A DNA stretch of 64,000 bases from the sequence record DRR723986_14244; one strand, written 5' to 3'. The notes under the pieces are model-generated. The model did no database searches, had not been told where the DNA came from, and was given only the letters and a program-made list of their open reading frames with translations. A program made the translations under genes and the position numbers. Shown piece by piece: positions 1-10,820 of this stretch. How positions within the stretch are numbered: position 1 is the first letter of the stretch; every line of letters begins with the position of its first letter.

Positions 1-43
1 GCCTTTAAAGGCTAATTTTAGACTATAATTTAGAACTGATATT

Positions 44-256
44 ATGAGAACACTACAAGACATAGAAGATCAAATTATAAGACTTACACTTAGCATAAAA
101 GTAAATTACCCAGAACTTTATGCTACGCTAGATGAAAACCCAATAACAATTCCTTCTAAAACCAATCCAGAATTAGATAAAATAGCGATGGAAGATTATT
201 TAGAAAGTCTCAAACAAATACTTAAACAATACACTAAAACTCATAATAAGCAATAA
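44..256 (+). CDS. small hypothetical protein (70 aa)
   Basis: ORF whose stop overlaps the next ATG (TAATG); no family recognised. Confidence 0.6.
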   Translation: MRTLQDIEDQIIRLTLSIKVNYPELYATLDENPITIPSKTNPELDKIAMEDYLESLKQILKQYTKTHNKQ

Positions 257-1140
257 TGGCATTTATAGATTATTATAAAATATTAGGTGTCTCCAAGACG
301 GCTTCTGAAAACGATATAAAAAAAGCATATCGTAAGTTGGCTCGTAAATACCATCCAGACCTCAATCCAAATGACAAGGAAGCTGAGAAAAAATTCAAGG
401 AAATAAACGAAGCTAATGAAGTGTTGAGTAATACAGAAAATCGTAAAAAATACGATGAATACGGTGAGCATTGGCAACATGCGGAAGAATACGAAAAAGC
501 GAAACAACAAGAACACTATCAAAGAAGTACGGGGAACCAATATGGCGGCTATTCTGAAGAAGATTTTTCAGATTTCTTTGGTTCTATGTTTGGTGGACGA
601 TCCTCTCAGTCTCGCGGCCAACAGGTAAAATTTAGAGGCCAAGATTTTAATGCCCAATTACAACTTAATCTAAAGGACGTTTACACCACACATAAGCGCA
701 CGCTAACAGTGAACGATAAAAATATCCGAATCACAATCCCTGCGGGTGTTGAAAATGGACAGACTATTAAAATTAAGGGGCATGGTGGTAAAGGGATAAA
801 CGGTGGGCCTAATGGAGACTTGTATATTGAGTTTTCAATTGTTAATCTAACACCTTTTAAAAGAGATGGAGATAATTTGTATACAACCGTAGATTTAGAT
901 TTATATAAAGCTCTTTTAGGAGGCCACATAACGGTTGATACCTTTGATGGTAAAGCAAAACTCACCATAAAACCAGAAACTCAAAATGGTACAAAAGTAA
1001 AACTCAAAGGAAAAGGCTTTCCGAAGTATAAAAAAGAAGGGCAGTTTGGTGATTTGTATGTGACCTACAACATAAAAACACCTACAAAACTAACCTCCAA
1101 AGAAAAAGAGCTCTTTACTGAATTATCAAAATTAAGATAA
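256..1140 (+). CDS. cbpA: DnaJ-class chaperone CbpA (J domain plus DnaJ C-terminal domain, no Zn finger)
   Basis: N-terminal J domain with HPD motif (KYHPDLN), G/F-rich linker, followed by a CbpM-like gene. Confidence 0.9.
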   Translation: MAFIDYYKILGVSKTASENDIKKAYRKLARKYHPDLNPNDKEAEKKFKEINEANEVLSNTENRKKYDEYGEHWQHAEEYEKAKQQEHYQRSTGNQYGGYSEEDFSDFFGSMFGGRSSQSRGQQVKFRGQDFNAQLQLNLKDVYTTHKRTLTVNDKNIRITIPAGVENGQTIKIKGHGGKGINGGPNGDLYIEFSIVNLTPFKRDGDNLYTTVDLDLYKALLGGHITVDTFDGKAKLTIKPETQNGTKVKLKGKGFPKYKKEGQFGDLYVTYNIKTPTKLTSKEKELFTELSKLR

Positions 1141-1141
1141 C

Positions 1142-1438
1142 ATGGAAACAACACACCTTATTTCAATACAGCAATTTTGCACCCATTACAATGTTCCAAT
1201 AACGTTTATTAATGCATTACATGAGTACGATTTAGTTGAGATTACCATAACCGATAAGACAACCTATTTAAAAACCAATCAGCTTAACGACGTAGAAAAA
1301 ATGATGCGTCTACACTATGATTTAGATATAAATTTAGAAGGTATTGATGCTATCTATAACCTTCTTAAACGCAATGAAGCATTGCAAAACAAAATTACAA
1401 GACTTCAAAACCGTTTAAAATTTTATGAAGGCCTGTAA
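1142..1438 (+). CDS. cbpM: chaperone modulator CbpM (MerR-like HTH)
   Basis: 98 aa, RLHYDLDINLEG motif, coiled-coil tail, directly after cbpA. Confidence 0.85.
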   Translation: METTHLISIQQFCTHYNVPITFINALHEYDLVEITITDKTTYLKTNQLNDVEKMMRLHYDLDINLEGIDAIYNLLKRNEALQNKITRLQNRLKFYEGL

Positions 1439-1837
1439 TTATCCACCTCGTCTATTGCTATTGCTATTAGATTGTCGTCTTGTGCTACCAGTATTGCTTC
1501 TTCTGGTAGAATGGTATTCTCTTATATTATCACCGAAATAATTATTAACGCGCACCTGTTTGGCACGTCTTAAATTAACAGTATTAAAGCGTTGAGGCAA
1601 TACATTTACAGTAACCCAACCACCATTATTGAGATAGATATACTGTCTAAGCGTTAAATCGTAGTACACATAATATTCTGGGAAATAGATATAACGTACA
1701 TTAACGACACGATTAGGATAAAACCAAGCTGGTGTTGGTTGTGCTGGTCTAGAGGATATAATTACTGGTCCGCAACTTTCTAAACCTGTAATAGTAACCA
1801 AAAAGACTATTATCAAAATAAATTTTGGTACTTTCAT
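1439..1837 (-). CDS. hypothetical lipoprotein
   Basis: Likely start at MKVPKF (1837), lipobox-like LESC, Tyr-rich core, R/S/N-rich tail. Confidence 0.65.
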   Translation of the reverse strand: MKVPKFILIIVFLVTITGLESCGPVIISSRPAQPTPAWFYPNRVVNVRYIYFPEYYVYYDLTLRQYIYLNNGGWVTVNVLPQRFNTVNLRRAKQVRVNNYFGDNIREYHSTRRSNTGSTRRQSNSNSNRRGG

Positions 1838-1886
1838 GATTCTTTTATTTAGACTATAAATGAACTCATAATTAAGTAATACTGAA

Positions 1887-1900
1887 ATGACATTGCTCAT
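1887..1900 (+). promoter_or_regulatory. FNR/Crp-like box upstream of mscS
   Basis: ATGACATTGCTCAT, 22 nt before -7-like TATTTTTA (1923). Confidence 0.65.
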
Positions 1901-1949
1901 TTTTAATCATAAAGCCATCACCTATTTTTACCTAACAAATTAATTTTCA

Positions 1950-2870
1950 ATGACAACAATAGAAGTTATAAACCAATGGATTAAAGACCATCCGTTTATA
2001 TGGAGTATTCTCAAGTTTATAATTATACTATTCATTGTTTTAACTATTATTCAACTTATTAGACGGTATTTAAAAAAAAGAATATCGAGTACTGTTGTCC
2101 GTTATAAAGCCCAAAAAGGTATAGAAATATTGGGCTACACATTGTTAGTTATTTTGGCAATTACGTATTTCTCGGGTTCAATAAAAGACTTTACTATAAT
2201 CATAGGTTTATTTACCGCAGGTCTTGCCTTTACCTTACAAGAACTTATTTTGAGTATTGCAGGTTCCTTATATATTTTTCTCGTAAAAGTTTATAAACCG
2301 GGTGATCGTATTGAAATTAATGGTATTAAAGGAGATGTCATTGATGTAGATAGTATTTATACCACAATGATGGAAATTGGTGAATGGGTCAGTAGTGATA
2401 ATTATAGTGGTAGAATTGTTAAACTCAGTAATGCCTTTGTTTTTAAAGGACCTATCTATAATTACTCACAAGATTTTCCATTTATATGGGATGAATTTAA
2501 TTTACCAATTCGTTATGGCTCTGATATAGATTTGGCAAAATCCATCATTATTAAAATAGCTAAAGAAATACTTTCGGACTTTGTCATAAATTCAAAATCT
2601 GAATGGCAAAGTGTCGTTAATAAGTATTACATTGAGGATGCACAAATAGACCCAACTTTGGCAATAGCACTAACAGATAACTGGATTCAGTTTAACCTAA
2701 GGTACATAGTAGATTTTAAGAAACGTCGTTTAACAAAGCATCTTTTAAATGACAAAATTAGAGCTGAATTTGAAAATACAAACGGTAAAATAATTTTAGC
2801 ATCCACAACGATAGAATTGGTAAAAATTCCCGATCTAAATATTAATTTAGATACCGATAAAAAAACCTAA
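1950..2870 (+). CDS. mechanosensitive channel, MscS family
   Basis: 3 TM segments followed by YKPGDRIEINGIKGDV beta domain. Confidence 0.9.
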   Translation: MTTIEVINQWIKDHPFIWSILKFIIILFIVLTIIQLIRRYLKKRISSTVVRYKAQKGIEILGYTLLVILAITYFSGSIKDFTIIIGLFTAGLAFTLQELILSIAGSLYIFLVKVYKPGDRIEINGIKGDVIDVDSIYTTMMEIGEWVSSDNYSGRIVKLSNAFVFKGPIYNYSQDFPFIWDEFNLPIRYGSDIDLAKSIIIKIAKEILSDFVINSKSEWQSVVNKYYIEDAQIDPTLAIALTDNWIQFNLRYIVDFKKRRLTKHLLNDKIRAEFENTNGKIILASTTIELVKIPDLNINLDTDKKT

Positions 2871-2892
2871 ATAGAAGATAAGCCAATTTTTA

Positions 2893-4860
2893 ATGGAAAA
2901 CGAAACAGAAAAACGCCACAGTCATAGTGGTATTTTGGGAAATACATCAGAACTCTTTTTTGCTATTCTATGCGGCAGTTTTCTGCTAATTGGTTTTTTA
3001 ATAGAAAAATTTACTGCTACAAATGAATGGTATGCGCTATGGAGTTATATCATATCCTATTGTTTTGGAGGCTTTTTTATAACTATTGAAGCCACTAAAA
3101 AAATCGTAAAAGGTGGTTTTGATATCGATTTTTTAATGATAGCAGCAGCTACAGGTGCAGCATATATAGGTAGTTGGGCAGAAGGCGCACTACTTCTCTT
3201 TCTTTTTAGTTTAGGTCACGCTTTAGAGCATTACGCCATGAATAAAGCAAAAAAATCTATTAAAGCGTTAAATGATTTGTCACCTAAGACTGCACTCGTA
3301 AAAAAGGGAGGAAAACTGCAAGAAATACCCATTGACGACTTAAAATTAAACGATATAATTGTTGTAAAACCGCATACAAAAATTGCTGCAGATGGAGTAA
3401 TAATTAACGGCAGTAGCAGTGTAAATCAAGCACCTATTACTGGCGAAAGTATGCCTGTTGACAAAATCTATACTGAAAACACTGAAAGTTTACCAGAGTT
3501 CAATCAAATAGACAAAAAACATATTGTATTTACAGGAACCATCAATGGAGACAGTAGTCTTGAAGTTTTAGTGCTGAAATTAACCGGTGACTCTACTGTC
3601 GCACGATTAATAAAAATGGTAAGTGATGTAGAGACTCAAAAATCACCCACGCAGCGACTGACCAAAAAATTTGAAAAATGGTATGTACCCTTAGTCATTT
3701 TAATGGTATTCTTATTATGTTTTGCTTATCTCCTCATTGACGAGGAATTTAATGCAAGCTTATACAGAGCTATTACCGTGTTAGTGGCCGCAAGCCCATG
3801 TGCCTTAGCTATTTCAACACCTAGTGCTGTGTTAAGTGGTATTGCTAGAGCAGCTCAAAAAGGTGTTCTCATAAAAGGTGGAAAAGCCCTAGAAGATCTT
3901 GGTGAAATTACAACAATGGCCTTTGATAAAACTGGTACCTTAACCGAAGGAAAACCTAAACTTACCAATGTTATTCCTCTAAATAATTTTAATGAAACAG
4001 AATTTATTAAAATCGTTTTGGAAGTGGAAAGTTTAAGCAACCACCCACTCGCCAAAGCCATAGCAAATGATATAAAATTTAAGTATAATATTGAATCTCA
4101 AAACAAAGCTACTAAGGTCCAAGCCATACAAGGAAAAGGCATCAGTGCACAATACAACGACGCTGATGTTTATATAGGCAATGTAAAATTAATGGAGAAT
4201 GTAGGTATACATATCGATGCTGCTATTCTCATAAAAATGGAAAGTCTATTAAGTGATGGTCAAACCGTTATGATTGTTGCTTTCAAGAAAGCTGTAATAG
4301 GTTTAATTAGTGTTATGGATGTACCACGACTTACGGCAGCTTCAACATTAAAAAAACTAAAAGAGATCGGAATTAAACATATGGTAATGCTCACAGGAGA
4401 TCATCAAAATGTTGGTAATGCCATAGCCAAACAAATAGGGCTCACAGAAGCTAAAGGAAACCTTTTACCCGAGGATAAAGTTCATGAAATAAAAGAACTT
4501 ATTAAGACCCATAAAAAAATTGCAATGGTTGGCGATGGTGTTAATGATGCCCCAGCAATGGCCTTGAGTACGGTAAGTATAGCCATGGGAGCTGCCGGAA
4601 GTGATGTAGCATTAGAAACTGCAGATGTCGCTTTAATGTCAGACAAAATTGAAAATTTACCTTTTCTTATAGGTCTAAGCAGACAATCTAAACGTACCAT
4701 AAAACAGAATATTTTTATAAGCTTAGGTGTTGTAACCTTATTGGTTCCTGTAACTATTCTAGGACTTACAAATATTGGCTTAGCCGTTGCTTTTCACGAG
4801 GGATCAACCCTAGTTGTAGTCTTAAATGCATTGAGATTGCTTCGTTATAATCTAGACTAA
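2893..4860 (+). CDS. heavy-metal P-type ATPase, P1B-4 type (Co/Zn/Fe2+)
   Basis: TGES, SPC, DKTGTLT, HP, GDGVNDAP and HEGST motifs. Confidence 0.92.
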   Translation: MENETEKRHSHSGILGNTSELFFAILCGSFLLIGFLIEKFTATNEWYALWSYIISYCFGGFFITIEATKKIVKGGFDIDFLMIAAATGAAYIGSWAEGALLLFLFSLGHALEHYAMNKAKKSIKALNDLSPKTALVKKGGKLQEIPIDDLKLNDIIVVKPHTKIAADGVIINGSSSVNQAPITGESMPVDKIYTENTESLPEFNQIDKKHIVFTGTINGDSSLEVLVLKLTGDSTVARLIKMVSDVETQKSPTQRLTKKFEKWYVPLVILMVFLLCFAYLLIDEEFNASLYRAITVLVAASPCALAISTPSAVLSGIARAAQKGVLIKGGKALEDLGEITTMAFDKTGTLTEGKPKLTNVIPLNNFNETEFIKIVLEVESLSNHPLAKAIANDIKFKYNIESQNKATKVQAIQGKGISAQYNDADVYIGNVKLMENVGIHIDAAILIKMESLLSDGQTVMIVAFKKAVIGLISVMDVPRLTAASTLKKLKEIGIKHMVMLTGDHQNVGNAIAKQIGLTEAKGNLLPEDKVHEIKELIKTHKKIAMVGDGVNDAPAMALSTVSIAMGAAGSDVALETADVALMSDKIENLPFLIGLSRQSKRTIKQNIFISLGVVTLLVPVTILGLTNIGLAVAFHEGSTLVVVLNALRLLRYNLD

Positions 4861-4908
4861 GAACTTCTATTACGTCATTAATTATATTCAATTTATAGTC
4901 AACCTAAA

Positions 4909-4922
4909 CTGATATCTCTCAT
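4909..4922 (+). promoter_or_regulatory. FNR/Crp-like box
   Basis: CTGATATCTCTCAT, 22 nt before TATTTTTA (4945). Confidence 0.65.
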
Positions 4923-4965
4923 TGGCAAGGACTTTTACATTTTCTATTTTTATAAAAAACAGAAA

Positions 4966-5556
4966 ATGCTCACATTCAAAAATTATAATATTGCTGATTG
5001 GTTTTCTTTTTACCGCATTTTTGCCGCTCCATTTTTGATAGTATTAATTTGGTTAGACTATCGCTTACTCTTTACATGGTTGCTTCTCATAAGTTATTCT
5101 ACTGATGCTATAGATGGTTACTTAGCGCGAAAATTGAAACTAGTGAGCGCTAGAGGGTCTCAACTAGATTCTTTTGGTGATCAAATAACCTTAGCTATAG
5201 GACTTATTGGCTTATTTTATTTTGAAAACGAATTTATAAAAACCAATCTTACCTTAATAATTATTGCGTTTATTCCTTATATATTACAAATGATTATTGC
5301 TTATATAAAGTATGCAAAAGCCACTGCTTTTCACACCTATTTAGCTAAATTATCTGCCATAATGCAAAGTATATTTATACTTTACTCCTTATTCTTTTCA
5401 CCTCAATACCATTTGTTTTACATTATGATAATCATTGGATTATTAGAAACGTTTGAAGAGATTATACTTATTTTTATGCACAAGCACTGGACATCTGATG
5501 TTAAAGGCATCATTTGGGCCTACAGAGATCAACGACGCAAAAAACAAAAACAATGA
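4966..5556 (+). CDS. CDP-alcohol phosphatidyltransferase family protein
   Basis: DAIDGYLAR...GSQLDSFGD signature. Confidence 0.9.
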   Translation: MLTFKNYNIADWFSFYRIFAAPFLIVLIWLDYRLLFTWLLLISYSTDAIDGYLARKLKLVSARGSQLDSFGDQITLAIGLIGLFYFENEFIKTNLTLIIIAFIPYILQMIIAYIKYAKATAFHTYLAKLSAIMQSIFILYSLFFSPQYHLFYIMIIIGLLETFEEIILIFMHKHWTSDVKGIIWAYRDQRRKKQKQ

Positions 5557-6812
5557 GGTCCTTTTCTCTATTCACTATTGTGTTACTTTGCTTTGCGATT
5601 ATAATTGTTGATACGCTTGCTTTTTTTTGGCTTCAATCTATTACAAGTCTTATTGATTGGCCTTTAGTAAGAACGACAATTCATAGTCTTTTTTGGATAT
5701 TTACCATAGGACTAATCCTCTCTATTTTAGCTTTAAAACTAACCTTAGATAATATCAATCCTATTAGAAGGCAACAACTCATTTCTAGATTCTATGGTCT
5801 GGCTGTATCGTCTTTTATACCTAAACTGATTTTCGTTATTATCATCTCAATTTTATATTTTAGTAATTATCTTTTTTCTGATAGTGAATCGCTTATCCTG
5901 GTCAATATTATTGGTTTACTTTCTGGTTTTCTTCCATTTTTTGTCATTTTATATGGTATTTTTAAAGCGGTTTATAGATTTAAAGTTTATCATGAAAAAC
6001 TAACATTCGATTCTTTACCACGATCATTTCATGGTTTAAAAATCGTTCAAATTTCAGATCTGCATTTAGGTAGTTTTAATTATAGATTTAAAAAATTGAA
6101 TGAAGCTGTTGAGAAAATCAACCATCTTAAACCAGATTATATTGTATTTACAGGTGATTTAGTAAATAATTATGCCTGGGAACTTAGAGGATGGGCCAGA
6201 GTTTTTAGAAAGCTAGAGGCTAAAAAAGGTAAATATGCGATATTAGGAAATCATGATTATGGTGATTATAGTCAATGGGAATCTCCTTCTGCTAAAGAGA
6301 AAAATTTTAATGACATAAAGAACTTTTTTACAGATATAGGCTTTAATCTTTTATTAAATGAATCTGAAATAGTTAAAAACAAATCCGAAGATATTGCTCT
6401 AATTGGAGTTGAGAATTGGGGGAAACCACCGTTTAAACAATACGGAGATTTAAATATGGCTTTATCTTCTGTAAGGCATATTCCTTTTAAAATTCTGCTC
6501 TCACACGATCCAACGCATTGGTCAGAAAAAGTAATTGATAAGACAGACATTGCTTTGACACTATCAGGACACACACATGGTATGCAAGCTGCATTTCAGT
6601 ATAAAAATTTACAATGGAGCCCAATAAAATATAAATTTAAACAATGGGCTGGATTGTATAAGCATAAGGACCAATATCTCTATGTAAATAGAGGTCTTGG
6701 ATGGCTCGGTTTTCCTGCGAGAATTGGTATGCGACCAGAAATTACAGCCATAGAATTGCAATGTCGTAGCGAACTGATTAAAATCATAGTTTTCTCACTT
6801 TTAATTAAATAA
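5553..6812 (+). CDS. membrane-anchored metallophosphoesterase
   Basis: DLHLG, GDLVN, GNHDY, SHDP, GHTHG motifs; ATG at 5553 overlaps the upstream stop (ATGA). Confidence 0.9.
   Translation: MRSFSLFTIVLLCFAIIIVDTLAFFWLQSITSLIDWPLVRTTIHSLFWIFTIGLILSILALKLTLDNINPIRRQQLISRFYGLAVSSFIPKLIFVIIISILYFSNYLFSDSESLILVNIIGLLSGFLPFFVILYGIFKAVYRFKVYHEKLTFDSLPRSFHGLKIVQISDLHLGSFNYRFKKLNEAVEKINHLKPDYIVFTGDLVNNYAWELRGWARVFRKLEAKKGKYAILGNHDYGDYSQWESPSAKEKNFNDIKNFFTDIGFNLLLNESEIVKNKSEDIALIGVENWGKPPFKQYGDLNMALSSVRHIPFKILLSHDPTHWSEKVIDKTDIALTLSGHTHGMQAAFQYKNLQWSPIKYKFKQWAGLYKHKDQYLYVNRGLGWLGFPARIGMRPEITAIELQCRSELIKIIVFSLLIK
6774..6787 (+). promoter_or_regulatory. FNR-like box
   Basis: CTGATTAAAATCAT (perfect TGAT-N4-ATCA), 22 nt before TAACTTAG (6810). 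Confidence 0.7.
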
Positions 6813-6840
6813 CTTAGATAAACTATCATTTTCAATAGCC

Positions 6841-7296
6841 ATGATTAGAACTCTAAACAAACCCGAACAATTAACGCTTTTAGAAAATAACTACATTGGT
6901 TATCTTTCTTACATCTACAGAAACAGACCCTTTATAGCGCCAATTACTTATTTTTTCAATAAATCTGAGAATGAAATTATTGGTTACTCTGCTGAAGGTC
7001 ATAAAGTAACAGCAATGCGTAAAAATAATAACGTGTGCCTTAATGTTTCTGATGTTGATTCTGTTAATGAATGGAAATCTGTTTCTGCTCAGGGTGTATA
7101 TGAAGAATTAGAAGGTAGTTCTGCTAAGGCCAAACTACATGAATTTTCTTTAGGCGTTAAAGATTTAATTATTAAGAAAGAACATAGAGAACTCGATTTT
7201 ATCAGTCAATTTTCAAGTAAAATATATAAAAATGATATGCCTGTAATTTTTACAATAAAGGTTGAAGAATTAACTGGTAAAATGCGAAAATCATAG
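6841..7296 (+). CDS. pyridoxamine 5'-phosphate oxidase-like flavin-binding protein
   Basis: 151 aa, G-x-L-S...PITY...GHK...NxxVC...WKSV pattern of the split-barrel family. Confidence 0.8.
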   Translation: MIRTLNKPEQLTLLENNYIGYLSYIYRNRPFIAPITYFFNKSENEIIGYSAEGHKVTAMRKNNNVCLNVSDVDSVNEWKSVSAQGVYEELEGSSAKAKLHEFSLGVKDLIIKKEHRELDFISQFSSKIYKNDMPVIFTIKVEELTGKMRKS

Positions 7297-7301
7297 ATTC
7301 T

Positions 7302-8071
7302 ATGTCAGCTACAACAATTACAAATATCACACCTGAGAATGTTATTACAGAATCACTTTTCTGCATTAAAGACATTAAAAAACCAGGATTTGAAAGTAAA
7401 CGTAAATGGTTTATCAAGCGCTTTAATGAGGGACTTAGACTAAAGATTTTAAAAGACCTATCTGGTAAAATGATAGGTTTTATTGAATACGTACCTACAG
7501 AGTTTGCATGGCGACCAATCATTGCGGAAAAATTTATGTTCATTCATTGTATGTATACCGCTTCTAAAAAGATAGAAACCTTGGGTATGGTACATTATTA
7601 ATAAATGAAGTGATTAAAGATGCAAAGTCACAAAACATGTCTGGTGTCTGTGTAATGACTAGTGAAGGATCTTGGATAGCCAACAAATCTATTTGTGAAA
7701 AGGCAGGATTTACCCAAGTCGATAAAAGAGGTCGTTTTGAATTACTATCATATACTTGGAACACAGAAACTTCTGAACCAAAATTAATTGATTGGACACA
7801 GCAGCAACAACACTATAAAGGTTGGCATTTGGTTTATGCAGATCAGTGTCCATGGCACGAAAAATCGGTAGAAGCCTTGCTACATGTAGCAATGGATTTT
7901 GGGATTGATCTTAATATCACAAAACTTAAAACTGCAGAGCAAGCCAAAGAAGCTCCTTCTGGTTTTGGGGTTTTTAGTTTACTCTACAATGGACGTTTAT
8001 TGGAGGATCATTACCTAAGTGCCAAAAGATTTAAAAATATTCTTAAAAAAGAATTAATACAAACTAGGTAA
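7302..8071 (+). pseudogene. frameshifted GNAT/YoaP-like protein
   Basis: Two ORFs (7302-7601, 7610-8071) join into one protein if one A is added to the A-run at 7566-7570 (...ASK-KDRNLGYGTLLINEVIKD); C-terminal QCPW and APSGFGVF YoaP-like motifs. Confidence 0.75.
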
Positions 8072-8073
8072 GA

Positions 8074-8087
8074 CTGATACATATCAT
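8074..8087 (+). promoter_or_regulatory. FNR-like box
   Basis: CTGATACATATCAT, 22 nt before TAAATTAG (8110). Confidence 0.7.
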
Positions 8088-8141
8088 TTTAAAAAAAAAC
8101 TTCAATTTTTAAATTAGGTAGCATATTTAAAATGTGCTATT

Positions 8142-8210
8142 ATGAAAATCTATATCAAACTTGCTATTACGGTCGTAATATTAATATTATTTACAATTTT
8201 TCTCTTATAA
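8142..8210 (+). CDS. putative 22-aa membrane peptide
   Basis: MKIYIKLAITVVILILFTIFLL*, just downstream of the boxed promoter; below the ORF-track cutoff. Confidence 0.35.
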   Translation: MKIYIKLAITVVILILFTIFLL

Positions 8211-8247
8211 CCAAAGTTGTGTCCAAACCAACTAATTACTATTAGTT

Positions 8248-9327
8248 ATGAAATATTTTTTTGGCTTTTTAGTATTAATACACGGCATTATTCATCTCAA
8301 AGGATTTATTGATGCCTTTTTTTCTAGTGGTATTAACCAACAGGTATTAGGAATTTCTAAACCTATCGGGTCACTTTGGCTTCTCACCTTTGTACTATTC
8401 GTTATTTCAGTATTGCAATACTTAACCGATAAGAATTGGTTTTATATAGCGTTTATTGCAGTTGTTTTATCTCAAATACTAATAATAATGAATTGGGATG
8501 ATGCAAAATATGGATCAATATTAAATATTATAATTTTTGTAGTTGGATTTATAGCTTATGGCGAATATAAGTTTAATGCTAAGACAGAGGTCGAAACTTC
8601 ATCATTAATAAATACTGTAACAAAATCAAACAAATTTGTTTCGTTTAATGAAAATGATAAACTCCCAGAAGTAGTTGAAAAATGGTTGGCAAATTCTAAT
8701 GTAAGCGGTCATAGAGAAATTTCTACCGTTAAACTCAAACAAAAAGGTGAAATGCGAACTAAAATTGATGGAAAATGGTTGCCATTTAAAGCGGAACAAA
8801 CGTTTAATCTACAAGACCCGTCTTTTATGTGGGTCACTAGCGTAAAAGCCGCTCCTTTACTCAATTTAAATGGACGTGATAAATTGCAAAATGGTAAAGG
8901 TGAAATGTTAATAAAACTAGCTTCTTTAATACCTGTTGTTAATGAATCCTCTAATGCTAAAATTAATCAAGGAGCCATGTTACGCTTTCTTGCCGAAATA
9001 TGTTGGTTTCCACAAGCCGTATTGCGTCATTATATCTCTTGGGAAAACATTAATAGTAGTTCTGCTAAGGCATCGTTTACTTATAATGATGAAACGGTAT
9101 CTGGTATTTTTAGATTTAATAAAATGAATGATTTTGTTTCTTTTGAAGCTCAGAGGTATTATGGCGGTAAAGAAGATTCTAGTCTCGAAATCTGGTATAT
9201 TGAAACACAAGATTACAAGACCTTTAATTGTATTACAATTCCTTATAAAAATAAAGTCACGTGGAAACTAGACAAGAAAGATTTTCATTGGCTAACGCTA
9301 GAAATAACAGAAATAGATTACAACTAG
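8248..9327 (+). CDS. membrane-anchored hypothetical protein (DUF6544-like)
   Basis: 4 N-terminal TMs, then LKQKGEMR...RFLAEICWFP...AQRY soluble domain. Confidence 0.65.
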   Translation: MKYFFGFLVLIHGIIHLKGFIDAFFSSGINQQVLGISKPIGSLWLLTFVLFVISVLQYLTDKNWFYIAFIAVVLSQILIIMNWDDAKYGSILNIIIFVVGFIAYGEYKFNAKTEVETSSLINTVTKSNKFVSFNENDKLPEVVEKWLANSNVSGHREISTVKLKQKGEMRTKIDGKWLPFKAEQTFNLQDPSFMWVTSVKAAPLLNLNGRDKLQNGKGEMLIKLASLIPVVNESSNAKINQGAMLRFLAEICWFPQAVLRHYISWENINSSSAKASFTYNDETVSGIFRFNKMNDFVSFEAQRYYGGKEDSSLEIWYIETQDYKTFNCITIPYKNKVTWKLDKKDFHWLTLEITEIDYN

Positions 9328-9812
9328 TATCCTAATTTATTTTTGGTATTTGGCACTTCCCATTTTATCATTTCTTTTAAAAACTCATCTACCAATTCTA
9401 TAATTATCTTTTTTGTGATATTAGTAGGATTATAAACGTCTAATTCTATACTGCTCTTATCAATTGGTTGTTGTTCTACGTAAGGGAAAAGAATGAACGT
9501 ATGCACATCTCCCGTATAAGATTGTGAAAAGATTAATGCGCCTCCTTGTACAAATTGATATGCTGGTATTTGATTGGTGCAGTCAATAAGTTCCTTTGGA
9601 AACGAATCGAAGGTAATATTTACAGCTTCATTTGTGCCAATCCAATTTAATTCTTGCACCTTCCAACCTATATCATATTGTTCGCAAATGGCTTTTAAGG
9701 TATTACTAATAAGTGCTTTTGTTTTTGTTTGCCAAATCGTCTTTTTGTCTACCACAGTCTGTATAGAAACCTTATAGTCGTTTATGCGTTCTTCTAAATG
9801 CTCAATTTTCAT
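9324..9812 (-). CDS. hypothetical protein
   Basis: 162-aa ORF at the end of the mla-like operon. Confidence 0.7.
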   Translation of the reverse strand: MKIEHLEERINDYKVSIQTVVDKKTIWQTKTKALISNTLKAICEQYDIGWKVQELNWIGTNEAVNITFDSFPKELIDCTNQIPAYQFVQGGALIFSQSYTGDVHTFILFPYVEQQPIDKSSIELDVYNPTNITKKIIIELVDEFLKEMIKWEVPNTKNKLGY

Positions 9813-9825
9813 GTTTAATTTATTT

Positions 9826-10818
9826 TTAATCTATACTCTTCTTTAATTCTTTCTGTGCTTGTCGCTCTAATTTTTTGAAATAACCACGTGTTAAAAAGTT
9901 ATGCTTTAAAGCTTCCATATTCTGATTAAACTTATCCGTTCCCTCATTAATATTTTTAATTGTAGTTTTTAAATTATTAACTAAAGTGGTATCGTTTAAA
10001 ATATAATTATAAGCGCCATCACTACTATTTATTTTGTTAACAATATCATTAATATTGGTTAGTATATTATTTATTTCATTACTAGATTCATCAAGGTTAC
10101 TAACCACAGTTTTTAATTTTGAGCCAGAAATTGAATCGTTTAACATCATAGCCAAAACCGTATTATCATTAGTTTTTATAGAAGAAATAATTGCATTCAA
10201 CTCATTTATAGTATGCGTAGCTCCGCGACTTGCTTGTTTTAAATTATTAACTGATTGTTTTAGGTCTTGTGCCATAATTGTATCATTCAACAACAATCCT
10301 ACAGTTCCTTTACCTTCTAACATCGCAGTAGTTATTTTTAGTAAATCCGAGGTTAAAATAGCCGCATTCTCAGAACTAACGCTCAATGTACTTAATATGT
10401 CATCTGCACCAATTTTACTGTAAGAATCGATAAAATCGCCATTTGTAATTACGGGAGCAGTACCTTCTCCTGGTACAATATTTACAATCATATTGCCAAC
10501 TAAACCATCTGATCCTATAGTTGCAATTGCATCTTTTTTGATATGTGTTATAATTTTTTTATCAATATGCATATCTATTTTAATTGTAGAGTCATTAATC
10601 ATTGTAATACCCTTTACTGTACCTATATCTATACCAGCGTATCGCACATTATTCCCTTTCTGTAAACCATTTACATTTTGAAAGTAAGAACTCACAGTAA
10701 ATGTCTTTCTAAACATATCCTGCCGTTGTCCTATAAGGTATACCGCTACCATAAACAGTATCGTACTTATAATTACAAAGAGTCCTAGTCGTATTTTTTG
10801 TGAGCTTGAATTTTTCAT
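9826..10818 (-). CDS. mlaD: MlaD/MCE family substrate-binding protein
   Basis: N-terminal TM, GLQKGNNVRYAGIDIGTV MCE motif, helical tail. Confidence 0.88.
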   Translation of the reverse strand: MKNSSSQKIRLGLFVIISTILFMVAVYLIGQRQDMFRKTFTVSSYFQNVNGLQKGNNVRYAGIDIGTVKGITMINDSTIKIDMHIDKKIITHIKKDAIATIGSDGLVGNMIVNIVPGEGTAPVITNGDFIDSYSKIGADDILSTLSVSSENAAILTSDLLKITTAMLEGKGTVGLLLNDTIMAQDLKQSVNNLKQASRGATHTINELNAIISSIKTNDNTVLAMMLNDSISGSKLKTVVSNLDESSNEINNILTNINDIVNKINSSDGAYNYILNDTTLVNNLKTTIKNINEGTDKFNQNMEALKHNFLTRGYFKKLERQAQKELKKSID

Positions 10819-10820
10819 GA

